DNA of 64,000 bases from an uncultured Acidobacteriota bacterium (lineage in GTDB: Bacteria; Acidobacteriota; Thermoanaerobaculia; Multivoradales; UBA5704): assembly GCA_963770895.1 (NCBI GenBank), contig CAVYRF010000002.1:2624001-2688000 (forward strand), given 5' to 3'. Both the position numbers and the translations under genes were made by a program. Within the stretch, counting starts at the first letter, position 1. Every line of letters begins with the position of its first letter. Below are positions 20,690 to 28,748 of the stretch, one piece after another. The notes under the pieces are model-generated. The model was not told the DNA's origin. It saw only the letters and a program-made list of their open reading frames with translations, and made no database searches.

Positions 20690-22153
20690 ATGGAGCAAGA
20701 GAGCGTTCCGCTCGGCCCTCGTCTCGTTCGCCTCGCGGCGCCCCTCGTTCTTGCCCTGCTGGCAGCAGGCCTCCTGCTGGCCACCCGCCATCTCACCGCC
20801 ATTTCGTCGGACACTGCCGGCGATGCCGGCGCCGCCGGCATCCTGAGTGCCGCGAGCGCCGGTGCCTCCGGTACCGCTGGCGGGCTGGCCCACGCGGTCG
20901 GCCCGGTGCCGCGCTACAACCCCCGCGCAGTGCTGCCGACCGAAGCCAGCGCGCGGCTGGCGTTGGTGCGGGTGCCGGTCGAAAGCGTCCTGCGCCGTGG
21001 CGAAACGTTCGGTCAGGTGCTGAGCCGGTTCGGCGTCAGCGCCCAGGATGCGCACGCCGCGGTGGCGGAGCTGGCGGCCCACGTGTCGCCGCGCTCGTTG
21101 CGCATGGGCAATCGCTATGTGGCGCTCTTCAATCCTGATTCCACCCTGGCTTCGCTGCAATTCGACGTGGCGGGGGACGGCCGGTTGGCGATGCGCCGCG
21201 GCGCCGGCCAGGCCTGGCAGTTTGCCTGGGATCCCTGCCAGCGGAGCAGCGACCTGCGGGTGGTCCGCGGCGAGCTTGCCGCGGCCGACGGCTCGATCGA
21301 ATCGGCAATTCGCCGCGCCGGCGGCGCTCCGGGCCTGGCCTATCGCATGGCCGACGCCCTGCAATGGGACCTGGACTTCCACCGCGACCTGCGGCGCGGC
21401 GACCGCTTCCAGGTGCTGTACGAAGCGATGCAGGTGGACGGCAAACAGGAAGGGGTCGGCCGCATCGTCGCCCTGGTCTATGAGAACCGCGAACGGCGCC
21501 ACGAAGTCTACGGCTATGGCGACAGCGGCACCTTCTACGACGGCGAAGGGCGCCCGCTCCGCAAGATGTTCCTGCGTTCGCCGCTGCGCTTCACCCACGT
21601 CACGTCCGCGTTCTCGCAGAGCCGCTTCCACCCGGTGCTCAACGAATATCGGCCTCACTACGGCGTCGACTACAGTGCGCCGGTGGGGACGCCGGTCGAA
21701 GTCACCGCCAGCGGCGTGGTGATTGCCGCCGGCTGGGACGGCGGCGGCGGCAACGTGGTCAAGGTGCAGAACGGCCCCGACTACGTGACCGCCTATCTCC
21801 ACCTGTCGCGTTTTGCCCCCGGTGTCCACCCCGGAGCGCACGTGCGTCAGGGTGACGTCATCGCCTACACGGGCATGACCGGCCTGGCCACCGGACCCCA
21901 CCTGGACTATCGCGTGAAGTACCGCGGCAACTGGATCGACCCGCTGACCCTCAAGGGGGTGCGCGACGAGCCCATCTCGCGAGCCGCGCTGGCGTCCTTC
22001 CAATCGTGGCGCACCAGGCTGCGAACGGGCCTGGACAGCGGCGTGGTCCCCGCCGGCCTCAAGCTGCCGGCGCCGCGCCAGCCCGAAACGCGGCTCGCCG
22101 CGGCCGCCGGCGGCCACAACGCCGCCGCATCCGCCGGCGCCATCGCGCGTTGA
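20690..22153 (+). CDS. M23 family peptidoglycan endopeptidase (MepM/Csd3-like)
   Basis: N-terminal TM; DLRRGDRF; RFHPVL..RPHYGVDY; YLHLS; TGLATGPHLDY; RBS AGGAGG. Confidence 0.92.
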   Translation: MEQESVPLGPRLVRLAAPLVLALLAAGLLLATRHLTAISSDTAGDAGAAGILSAASAGASGTAGGLAHAVGPVPRYNPRAVLPTEASARLALVRVPVESVLRRGETFGQVLSRFGVSAQDAHAAVAELAAHVSPRSLRMGNRYVALFNPDSTLASLQFDVAGDGRLAMRRGAGQAWQFAWDPCQRSSDLRVVRGELAAADGSIESAIRRAGGAPGLAYRMADALQWDLDFHRDLRRGDRFQVLYEAMQVDGKQEGVGRIVALVYENRERRHEVYGYGDSGTFYDGEGRPLRKMFLRSPLRFTHVTSAFSQSRFHPVLNEYRPHYGVDYSAPVGTPVEVTASGVVIAAGWDGGGGNVVKVQNGPDYVTAYLHLSRFAPGVHPGAHVRQGDVIAYTGMTGLATGPHLDYRVKYRGNWIDPLTLKGVRDEPISRAALASFQSWRTRLRTGLDSGVVPAGLKLPAPRQPETRLAAAAGGHNAAASAGAIAR

Positions 22154-22163
22154 GCCGTCGTCC

Positions 22164-23162
22164 GTGACCACCGCTCGCGCCTGGTGTCGCGTCGACCTGG
22201 CCGGCGGCACCCTGGACATCTGGCCGCTGGGCCTGCTGCACGGTGCCGCCGCGACGGTGAACGTCGCGATCGACGTCGCGGTCGAGGTGCGCGTCGAGCC
22301 CGCGGCCGAGCGCTACAGCGTGCGCCAGGGGGACGCGTTCGTTGCCGCCGATTCGCCGGCCGACCTGGCCGCGCAACCGGACGGGGCGCTGGTGGGGTTG
22401 GTGGCGGCGGCGCTGGACCTGCCGCCGCTGCTGGCGACACTGACCAGCGGCTCGCCGCGCGGCGGCGGCCTGGGGGCCTCGTCGGCGATGACGGTGGCGC
22501 TCATCGCCGCGGCGGACCGAGCCTTTGCCCTGCCGCACCGCACCACCGCCCAGTGCGTGCGCCTGGCGCGCGACCTGGAAGCGCGCCTGATGGCGTTGCC
22601 CACCGGCATCCAGGATCACTACGCCGCGCTGCTCGGCGGCGCCCTGGCGATCCACCATCGCGCCGGCGGCGAGCAGGTGCGCCGCCTGGACGTCGACCTG
22701 GCGGCCCTGGGCGACAGCCTGGTCGTCGTCTACACCGGACAGAGCCACTTTTCGGCTGGCCAGAACTGGCAGGTGGTGCGCGGCCGCCTGGACGGCGACG
22801 CCCAGGTCGCCACCCTGTTCGGCGGCATCGCCAAGGTGGCCGGCCAGGTCGAGGCGGCCCTCGCCGCGGGCGACCTGCCTGCCGTGGGCTCGCTGATGGA
22901 CGAAGAGTGGCGCCTGCGGCGGCAGCTCGCCGGCGGGATCTCGACCCCGACCATCGAGCGCCTGCTGGACCTGGCAGCGGACCTGGGAGCCTGGGGCGGC
23001 AAGACCTGCGGCGCCGGCGGCGGCGGCTGCCTGGCGCTGCTGTGCCCCCCCGACCGCAAGCCGCAGCTCGCCGCCGCCCTGACCGACGCCGGCGGCCAGA
23101 TCCTGGCCGCGCGCCCGGTCGCCACGCCGCTGGTCCTGCTACCCGGCGATCCGGGCCACTAG
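22164..23162 (+). CDS. GHMP sugar kinase, HddA (heptose-7-P kinase)-like
   Basis: RVDLAGGTLD, PRGGGLGASS, GIQDHY, KTCGAGGGG. Confidence 0.85.
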   Translation: MTTARAWCRVDLAGGTLDIWPLGLLHGAAATVNVAIDVAVEVRVEPAAERYSVRQGDAFVAADSPADLAAQPDGALVGLVAAALDLPPLLATLTSGSPRGGGLGASSAMTVALIAAADRAFALPHRTTAQCVRLARDLEARLMALPTGIQDHYAALLGGALAIHHRAGGEQVRRLDVDLAALGDSLVVVYTGQSHFSAGQNWQVVRGRLDGDAQVATLFGGIAKVAGQVEAALAAGDLPAVGSLMDEEWRLRRQLAGGISTPTIERLLDLAADLGAWGGKTCGAGGGGCLALLCPPDRKPQLAAALTDAGGQILAARPVATPLVLLPGDPGH

Positions 23163-23229
23163 ACGAGGAGGCGGTGGCGCGGCGGAGCGCCGGGCGCTGG
23201 ATGCGCCGGGCGCTACCAGCTGGGAGGTG

Positions 23230-23736
23230 CTATTGAGCCGGCCGGACGGTGGCGCGCGGTACGACGGCGCCGGCGCCAAGGCGGGGGGGACTGGACGGGC
23301 TGGTGTGGCCGGCGGCGCCACCGGGACCGGCGCCGAGCGCGGCGGTGATGCCGTTTGCCGGTGCGTGGGCGGCTGCCAGCGAGGATTCTTCGCTGCGGGT
23401 CTGCACCCGCTTGAAGGCGATGAAGTCTTCCACCTCACGCTGGGCGTCGCGCGGCAGGGCATTGAAATCCTGCACCAGCTGGACGTCGCGCGGGGTGATC
23501 GATTCTTGCGCCACGCCTTCGAAGAACTCACCGATGCTCATCTTGAATTCGGTGAGGATGCGGAACAGGGTGTCCAGGCTGACCCGATACTCCCCTTGTT
23601 CCATGCGGGAGAGATCGGACTGCTGGATGCCCAGGCGGGCGGAGAGCTCCACCTGCGTCAGCTTGTGTTCCTTGCGCAACTGCCGGATCTTGCGTCCTAC
23701 CAGCTGCACCTGACGGATCTTTTCGATAGTTGCCAT
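23230..23736 (-). CDS. XRE-family HTH transcriptional regulator
   Basis: VGRKIRQLRKEHKLTQVELSARLGIQQSDLSRMEQG. Confidence 0.92.
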   Translation of the reverse strand: MATIEKIRQVQLVGRKIRQLRKEHKLTQVELSARLGIQQSDLSRMEQGEYRVSLDTLFRILTEFKMSIGEFFEGVAQESITPRDVQLVQDFNALPRDAQREVEDFIAFKRVQTRSEESSLAAAHAPANGITAALGAGPGGAAGHTSPSSPPRLGAGAVVPRATVRPAQ

Positions 23737-23817
23737 GGCCGTGTCTTTTCGAGAGCCTGGTCGAGTACTGGAACCGAGTCGCTATGTCGCGCTGGCATGA
23801 GCCAATGCTTTCTCAGG

Positions 23818-23846
23818 ATACTAATCCCCCCGCCCCCGACTGTCAA
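23818..23846 (-). promoter_or_regulatory. sigma70 promoter of XRE regulator
   Basis: TTGACA-N17-TAGTAT on the minus strand. Confidence 0.7.
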
Positions 23847-23942
23847 TCGCGTTGAACAGAGGGCGCACAGGGTGTTCCCTATATAGTGTCGGTCCGCCGC
23901 GGCATCGGGCCTGGCCGGCGCGACAGGAGGCTAGAACACACC

Positions 23943-24719
23943 TTGCGGCACCACCTTTTCCTGCTGCGGGAGCTGGTCAAGCGCGACTTTCAAGGGCGCT
24001 ACGCCGGGTCGCTCCTGGGCTTTGTCTGGTCGTTCGTACAGCCGCTGTGGCTGCTCCTGCTGTTCACCTTCGTGTTCTCCACCGTGCTCAAGGTGCGCGT
24101 CGTCGACCCGGCCAATCCGGGCGGCCACTTCGCGACTTTCCTGTTTGCCGGTCTGCTGCCATGGATCGCCCTGCAGGAAGGGGTCCTGCGCTCTTCGACC
24201 GCGATCACCGACAACGCGGTCCTGGTCAAGAAACTGCGCTTTCCGGCAGAGATCCTGGTGATGGCGGTGGTGCTGGCCGCCCTGCTCCACGAAGCCATCG
24301 CCGCCGTGGTCTTCCTGCTGGTCCTGGCGGTGCTCGGCGACCTGGCGTGGGGGGGGCTGCCGACGCTGCTCGTCGCGCTGCCGCTGCAGGCGCTCTTCAC
24401 CCTCGGCCTCGGACTGCTGCTGAGCGCCGTGCAGGTGTTCTTCCGCGACGTGGCGCAGATCCTGGGCATGTTGCTCACCGGATGGTTCTACCTGACGCCG
24501 ATCGTGTACTCGCTGGCGGCGGTGCCGGCGCGGCTGCGGCCGTGGATCGAGCTCAACCCGCTGACCCCCCTGGTGGAGCTCTACCGCCAGGCGTTCCTGC
24601 GCGGCAGCGTGACCCTGGTGCCGGGCACGGCGGGCCTGGCGGTTTCGGCCGTTGTGCTACTATCCGGCGGCTTTTGGCTGTTCCGGCGGCTCAAGATCGC
24701 CTTTGTCGATGAAATCTGA
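23943..24719 (+). CDS. wzm: ABC-2 polysaccharide exporter permease (Wzm/TagG)
   Basis: LVKRDFQGRYAGSLLGFVW..QP, LVKKLRFP, FFRDV, FYLTPIVY, LNPL; start 23886-23943. Confidence 0.93.
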   Translation: MRHHLFLLRELVKRDFQGRYAGSLLGFVWSFVQPLWLLLLFTFVFSTVLKVRVVDPANPGGHFATFLFAGLLPWIALQEGVLRSSTAITDNAVLVKKLRFPAEILVMAVVLAALLHEAIAAVVFLLVLAVLGDLAWGGLPTLLVALPLQALFTLGLGLLLSAVQVFFRDVAQILGMLLTGWFYLTPIVYSLAAVPARLRPWIELNPLTPLVELYRQAFLRGSVTLVPGTAGLAVSAVVLLSGGFWLFRRLKIAFVDEI

Positions 24720-24922
24720 CGGGCGCCACACAAGCCAACGAAGGAAAAAACGACGAGTTCCTCGGCTTCTCCCACCACCACCAGCCGCTCGGCCGGATGC
24801 GCCTCAGGCGACACCCGGCGCCGGCACCAAGCGCATCCTTCCATAGACGCTGTCAGGGGGACATACGTAAGGAAGAGGGCTCGCCACGCCGGACCCGCCA
24901 CGGAGGTGTCAATTTGTTCTCG

Positions 24923-26752
24923 ATGAAACGCATCACGCAGCTGTTCCTGCTCGCCGCGCTGTGCCTGGCGCTGGCGTCGCCCGCTCCAGCCGGCGCCCAG
25001 GGCGCTCAACCCCAGCCCGCGGCGCCGCCTGCCGGCGCCGCCGCGCCGGCCGACGGTTCGGGCAGCGGTTCGGCCGCGGCACCGCCGGCCGCTCCGGCGG
25101 CCCCCGCGGGCTCCGGCGCCAACTGGCGGACCCAGCCTCTGGGCTCGGGCACGGCGCCACCGGCGCATCCGCTGAATCTGGTGCCGCAGCCGCCGGACGG
25201 CAAATGGCTGAAGGATGCGCAGGGCAGGTTTTACTACCTCGACAAGCTGCGCAAGGCGGAGGGCCAATATCGCCGCCTGGACGACCACACCGTGCGGACG
25301 GTCTGGGGCATCCCGATCGACGTTGCCAAGGAAGACGACAAGTACTTCTACTTCAAGGTGTACAAGATCGATCCCGCGGTCCAGTCGGTGAACGTGAACA
25401 AGCCGCCGACGGCCGACCAGCTGCAGAAGGTGGTGGACAGCTACAAAGTGGTGGACGTTCCCGAAAGCCATCGCCTGCATTTCGAGTCGATCAGCAAGGG
25501 GCTGCCCATCTCGGGGCAGTGGCGCGAAGGCTTCGTCCTGGCAGACATGAACGGCGACGGCCGCCTCGACATCGTGCATGGGCCGCCGCGCAAGGGCTTC
25601 AGCCCGCCGGTGATCTTCCTCAACGACGGCAAGGGCGGCTGGCGGCGCTGGAACGAAGCCAAGTTCGCGCCGTTCCCGTACGACTACGGCGATATCGCGG
25701 TGGCGGACCTCGACGGCGACGGCCATCCTGACCTGGTCCTCGCCATGCACCTCAAGGGCTTCACCGCGCTCCTGGGCGACGGCAAGGGCAATTTCACCCG
25801 CCGCTGGGACAAGGGGCTGGACTTCCTGCAGCCGGGCAAGGGCGCCGACGAAACCAACGTCTTTTCGTCCAAGACGGTCACCACGATCCATTGGAACAAG
25901 GACAAGCTGCCCGACATCCTGACCCTGGGCGAGGGACCGCGTCTCAACCTCTCGGCGATGCACGCCGGCGGCGGCTCGGTGCTGGCCGCCTCGCGCAGCT
26001 ACGGGCCGCTCCTCTACCTCAACCAGGGCGACGGCACCTGGAAACGCAAGGACTCGGGCACCGGTCGCGAGCAGGTGTTCGGCGACTCCGTCACCGTCGG
26101 CGACTTCAACGGCGACGGCCTGCCGGACTTCGCGGTGGGCAGCAACGTTCAGGGCCGGCGCGACCTGGTCTATCTCGGCCGCGCCGACGGCGGCTGGGAC
26201 AAGGCGGAGATCGACGTCAGGCCCAACGCGTACATCCGCGCCGTCGCCGCCGGCGATTTCGACCACGACGGCCTGTCCGACCTGGCGGTCGGCTACCTTG
26301 CTTACGAGGGTAACGTCTGGCGCTACGGCGTAGACATCTTCTTCGCCCGGCCCGGTGGCAAATGGGAGCGGCGCGCCCTGGCATTCAAGGAGGGGCGGGA
26401 CGGCATCAACGCCCTGGGAGTGGGCGACGTCGACGGCGATGGCAAGCTGGACCTGGTTGCCTTGACCGGCGACGGCGACACCTGGATCTTCCTGGGCGAC
26501 GGCAAGGGCGGCTTCACCCGCGAGGTGGGGGCCATCCCCAACTTCGGCGGCTGCGACGGCAGCCGGGTGCGGTTGGGGGATCTCGACGGCGACGGGCGTG
26601 ACGAGATCGTGTCGTCCTGGGCAAGCGAGTACTCTCCCATGTACACTCCTGACAAGTGCAAGACCGAGGGCGGTATCACGGCCTGGCACCTGGTACCGAA
26701 CAGCAGCGCCGCCGTTGTGACCGGGACGTCTCAGGGGAAGGGGAATCGATAA
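24923..26752 (+). CDS. Secreted FG-GAP/VCBS-repeat beta-propeller protein
   Basis: Signal peptide MKRITQLFLLAALCLALA; Pro/Ala linker; repeated D(M/L/F)(N/D)GDG..D motifs. Confidence 0.9.
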   Translation: MKRITQLFLLAALCLALASPAPAGAQGAQPQPAAPPAGAAAPADGSGSGSAAAPPAAPAAPAGSGANWRTQPLGSGTAPPAHPLNLVPQPPDGKWLKDAQGRFYYLDKLRKAEGQYRRLDDHTVRTVWGIPIDVAKEDDKYFYFKVYKIDPAVQSVNVNKPPTADQLQKVVDSYKVVDVPESHRLHFESISKGLPISGQWREGFVLADMNGDGRLDIVHGPPRKGFSPPVIFLNDGKGGWRRWNEAKFAPFPYDYGDIAVADLDGDGHPDLVLAMHLKGFTALLGDGKGNFTRRWDKGLDFLQPGKGADETNVFSSKTVTTIHWNKDKLPDILTLGEGPRLNLSAMHAGGGSVLAASRSYGPLLYLNQGDGTWKRKDSGTGREQVFGDSVTVGDFNGDGLPDFAVGSNVQGRRDLVYLGRADGGWDKAEIDVRPNAYIRAVAAGDFDHDGLSDLAVGYLAYEGNVWRYGVDIFFARPGGKWERRALAFKEGRDGINALGVGDVDGDGKLDLVALTGDGDTWIFLGDGKGGFTREVGAIPNFGGCDGSRVRLGDLDGDGRDEIVSSWASEYSPMYTPDKCKTEGGITAWHLVPNSSAAVVTGTSQGKGNR

Positions 26753-26828
26753 ATGTCCTTCCGGCATTTCGCAGCCTCTGCGGCACCGCGTCGTGGCGGG
26801 CGCCCACAAAGAAAATCACTTCCGGGCC

Positions 26829-26857
26829 TTGACAGGCTGGGACGGCATCCCTATAGT
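26829..26857 (+). promoter_or_regulatory. Near-consensus sigma70 promoter of surface protein gene
   Basis: TTGACA-N17-TATAGT. Confidence 0.82.
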
Positions 26858-26863
26858 GCGAAA

Positions 26864-27113
26864 GCATAAAACCGGCTGACGAGGCTGGCGCCTCAAGCGA
26901 GACGCCGACTCCCGGTCGCGAAGAAGGCGCCGGATCGGCTGACGCAATCGCGACCAGGCGCCATAAATGTTGACTGTAGTTAGAGTTACATGGCTCTAAA
27001 CTTTAAACAGGAGGTGATGTTTCTTCCCGAGGAGAGTGGAGACGTCGGACGACTTGGATGGAAGTACTGCAACAGCGTCAGCAACACCTACCCTAGCTAG
27101 GAGATTGTCTGTC
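26864..27113 (+). promoter_or_regulatory. Long structured 5' leader
   Basis: Nested stems TGGCGCCT/AGGCGCCA and GGTCGCGA/TCGCGACC; hairpins TAGAG/CTCTA and AAACA/TGTTT. Confidence 0.5.
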
Positions 27114-28406
27114 ATGAAGAAAACCGCACTGAGTCTTGCTCTCATGGGCCTGCTGGCCCTGGGCGGCCAGGCAGTTGCGACGATCTGCACCATCGATGCA
27201 GTGCCAGCAGCCACGCTGCTGCTGCCCTACTTCGAGGTGGATCTGAACAACCCGAACGGGTTGACCACGCTGTTCTCGGTCAACAACGCCTCGGCGACCG
27301 CGGTCCTGGTCCATGCCGTCATCTGGACCGACCTGTCGGTGCCCGTCCTCGACTTCAACATCTATCTGACCGGCTATGACGTTCAGTCGGTCAACCTGCG
27401 CGACATCATCATCAACGGCAACCTGCCGCAGACCGCCTCGGCGGGGCAGGACCCGACCGATACCATCAGCCCCAAGGGCAGCTTCTCGCAGGACATCAAC
27501 TTCGCCAGCTGCAACGGCGTACTGCCTCCGCCCCAGCTGCCGGCGGCCTACACCACCCACCTTCAGGAGTCGCTGACCGGTCTGCCGTCGGCGATTCTGG
27601 GCGGCAACTGCTCCGCCCAGGCGCTGGGTGACAACATCGCTCGCGGCTACATCACGATGGACACGGTCAACAACTGCACCCTGCGGTTCCCCGGCGACAC
27701 CGGCTACTTCGTGGCCGGCGGCACGGGCGACGTGACCAACCAGAACGTGCTGTGGGGCGACTGGTTCATCGTCAACTCGACCGAGAACTTTGCCGAGGGC
27801 GGCGACCTGGTGCACATCGAAGCGGATGCCACCAACCCGGCGACCTCGACCTCGGGCCGGTACACGTTCTACGGCCGGTACGACGCCTTCACCGCGATCG
27901 ATAACCGTGAGCCGCTGGCCACTACGTTTGCCACCCGTTTCCTCAACGGTGGCGGCTTCAACGGTGGCACCTCGCTGCTGGTGTGGCGTGACTCGAAGGT
28001 TGCCCAGGGTGCGTTCACCTGCCCGGTCGACCCGGGGGTCCGTCCGATCTGGTATCCGTTGGCTGAAGAAGGCCTGGTGATCTTCGACGAGCAGGAGCAT
28101 CCGGTCACGCCGACCACGATCCCGATCTCGCCGCCGCCGCCTACCACGACGCAGACGCCGTTCCCGGCGGAAACGCAGCGGACGGTTGTCGGTGGTCCGA
28201 ACCTGGCGGTGCCGTTCTCGTTCGGTTGGTTGTACCTCGACCTGAACGTGACCGAGCCGGTTGCGGCGCCTGGTTTGCCGCCGGTCGACCCGGCCGCGGC
28301 GCAGGCGTGGGTGGTTGCAACGTTGTCGCAGAACGGCCAGTACGCGGTCGGTATCGACGCGATCCGGCTTGACAGCGCTTGCGCCGCCAACCACTTCGTC
28401 CCCTAA
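27114..28406 (+). CDS. Secreted acidic T/A/G/N-rich protein; probable S-layer/major surface protein
   Basis: Signal peptide MKKTALSLALMGLLALGGQAVA; 6 Cys; only 2 Lys in the mature part; strong promoter and hairpin; PAATLLLPYFEVDL motif. CDS is solid, function is inferred. Confidence 0.7.
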   Translation: MKKTALSLALMGLLALGGQAVATICTIDAVPAATLLLPYFEVDLNNPNGLTTLFSVNNASATAVLVHAVIWTDLSVPVLDFNIYLTGYDVQSVNLRDIIINGNLPQTASAGQDPTDTISPKGSFSQDINFASCNGVLPPPQLPAAYTTHLQESLTGLPSAILGGNCSAQALGDNIARGYITMDTVNNCTLRFPGDTGYFVAGGTGDVTNQNVLWGDWFIVNSTENFAEGGDLVHIEADATNPATSTSGRYTFYGRYDAFTAIDNREPLATTFATRFLNGGGFNGGTSLLVWRDSKVAQGAFTCPVDPGVRPIWYPLAEEGLVIFDEQEHPVTPTTIPISPPPPTTTQTPFPAETQRTVVGGPNLAVPFSFGWLYLDLNVTEPVAAPGLPPVDPAAAQAWVVATLSQNGQYAVGIDAIRLDSACAANHFVP

Positions 28407-28423
28407 ACACCCTTCGGTGGGTA

Positions 28424-28451
28424 CCGGCCTCTCCCGCAAGGGAGAGGCCGG
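28424..28451 (+). terminator. Perfect 12-bp hairpin with GCAA tetraloop after surface protein gene
   Basis: CCGGCCTCTCCC-GCAA-GGGAGAGGCCGG. Confidence 0.8.
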
Positions 28452-28748
28452 GCCCGCTGTCTCTCACGGGCCGATACCAAATCGGCTCTTGCAACCTGGT
28501 CCTCACCCCCCGGCCCCGGGAACCCATGGGTGGGTGCCAGATTGGAAGGGTCACCTCTCAGGCGGTCGAATGGCGGCAGGTTGTGCTGTGTTCGCGTCAG
28601 CCGTCTGGTGAGCAAGCGATTCGCAAGCTGTATTACTTGGTTCAGGCGTGCGCGCGGGCATGCTGGAAGCTGTCAACCGCGTTTCGCCGGCCGGTGGGTT
28701 CTCGCTGGGGTGCGAGCCACCGGATGGGGTCTTGATAGGAGCTGCGCC

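Noticed and set aside
21890-21915. M23 motif HLD instead of HxH
   Set aside because: A variant I recall in other MepM-like proteins; not evidence of novelty on its own
26874-26905. CTGACGA followed by a GAGGC/GCCTC hairpin resembling a hammerhead core
   Set aside because: No GAAA after stem II and no stems I/III; also no convincing c-di-GMP riboswitch match
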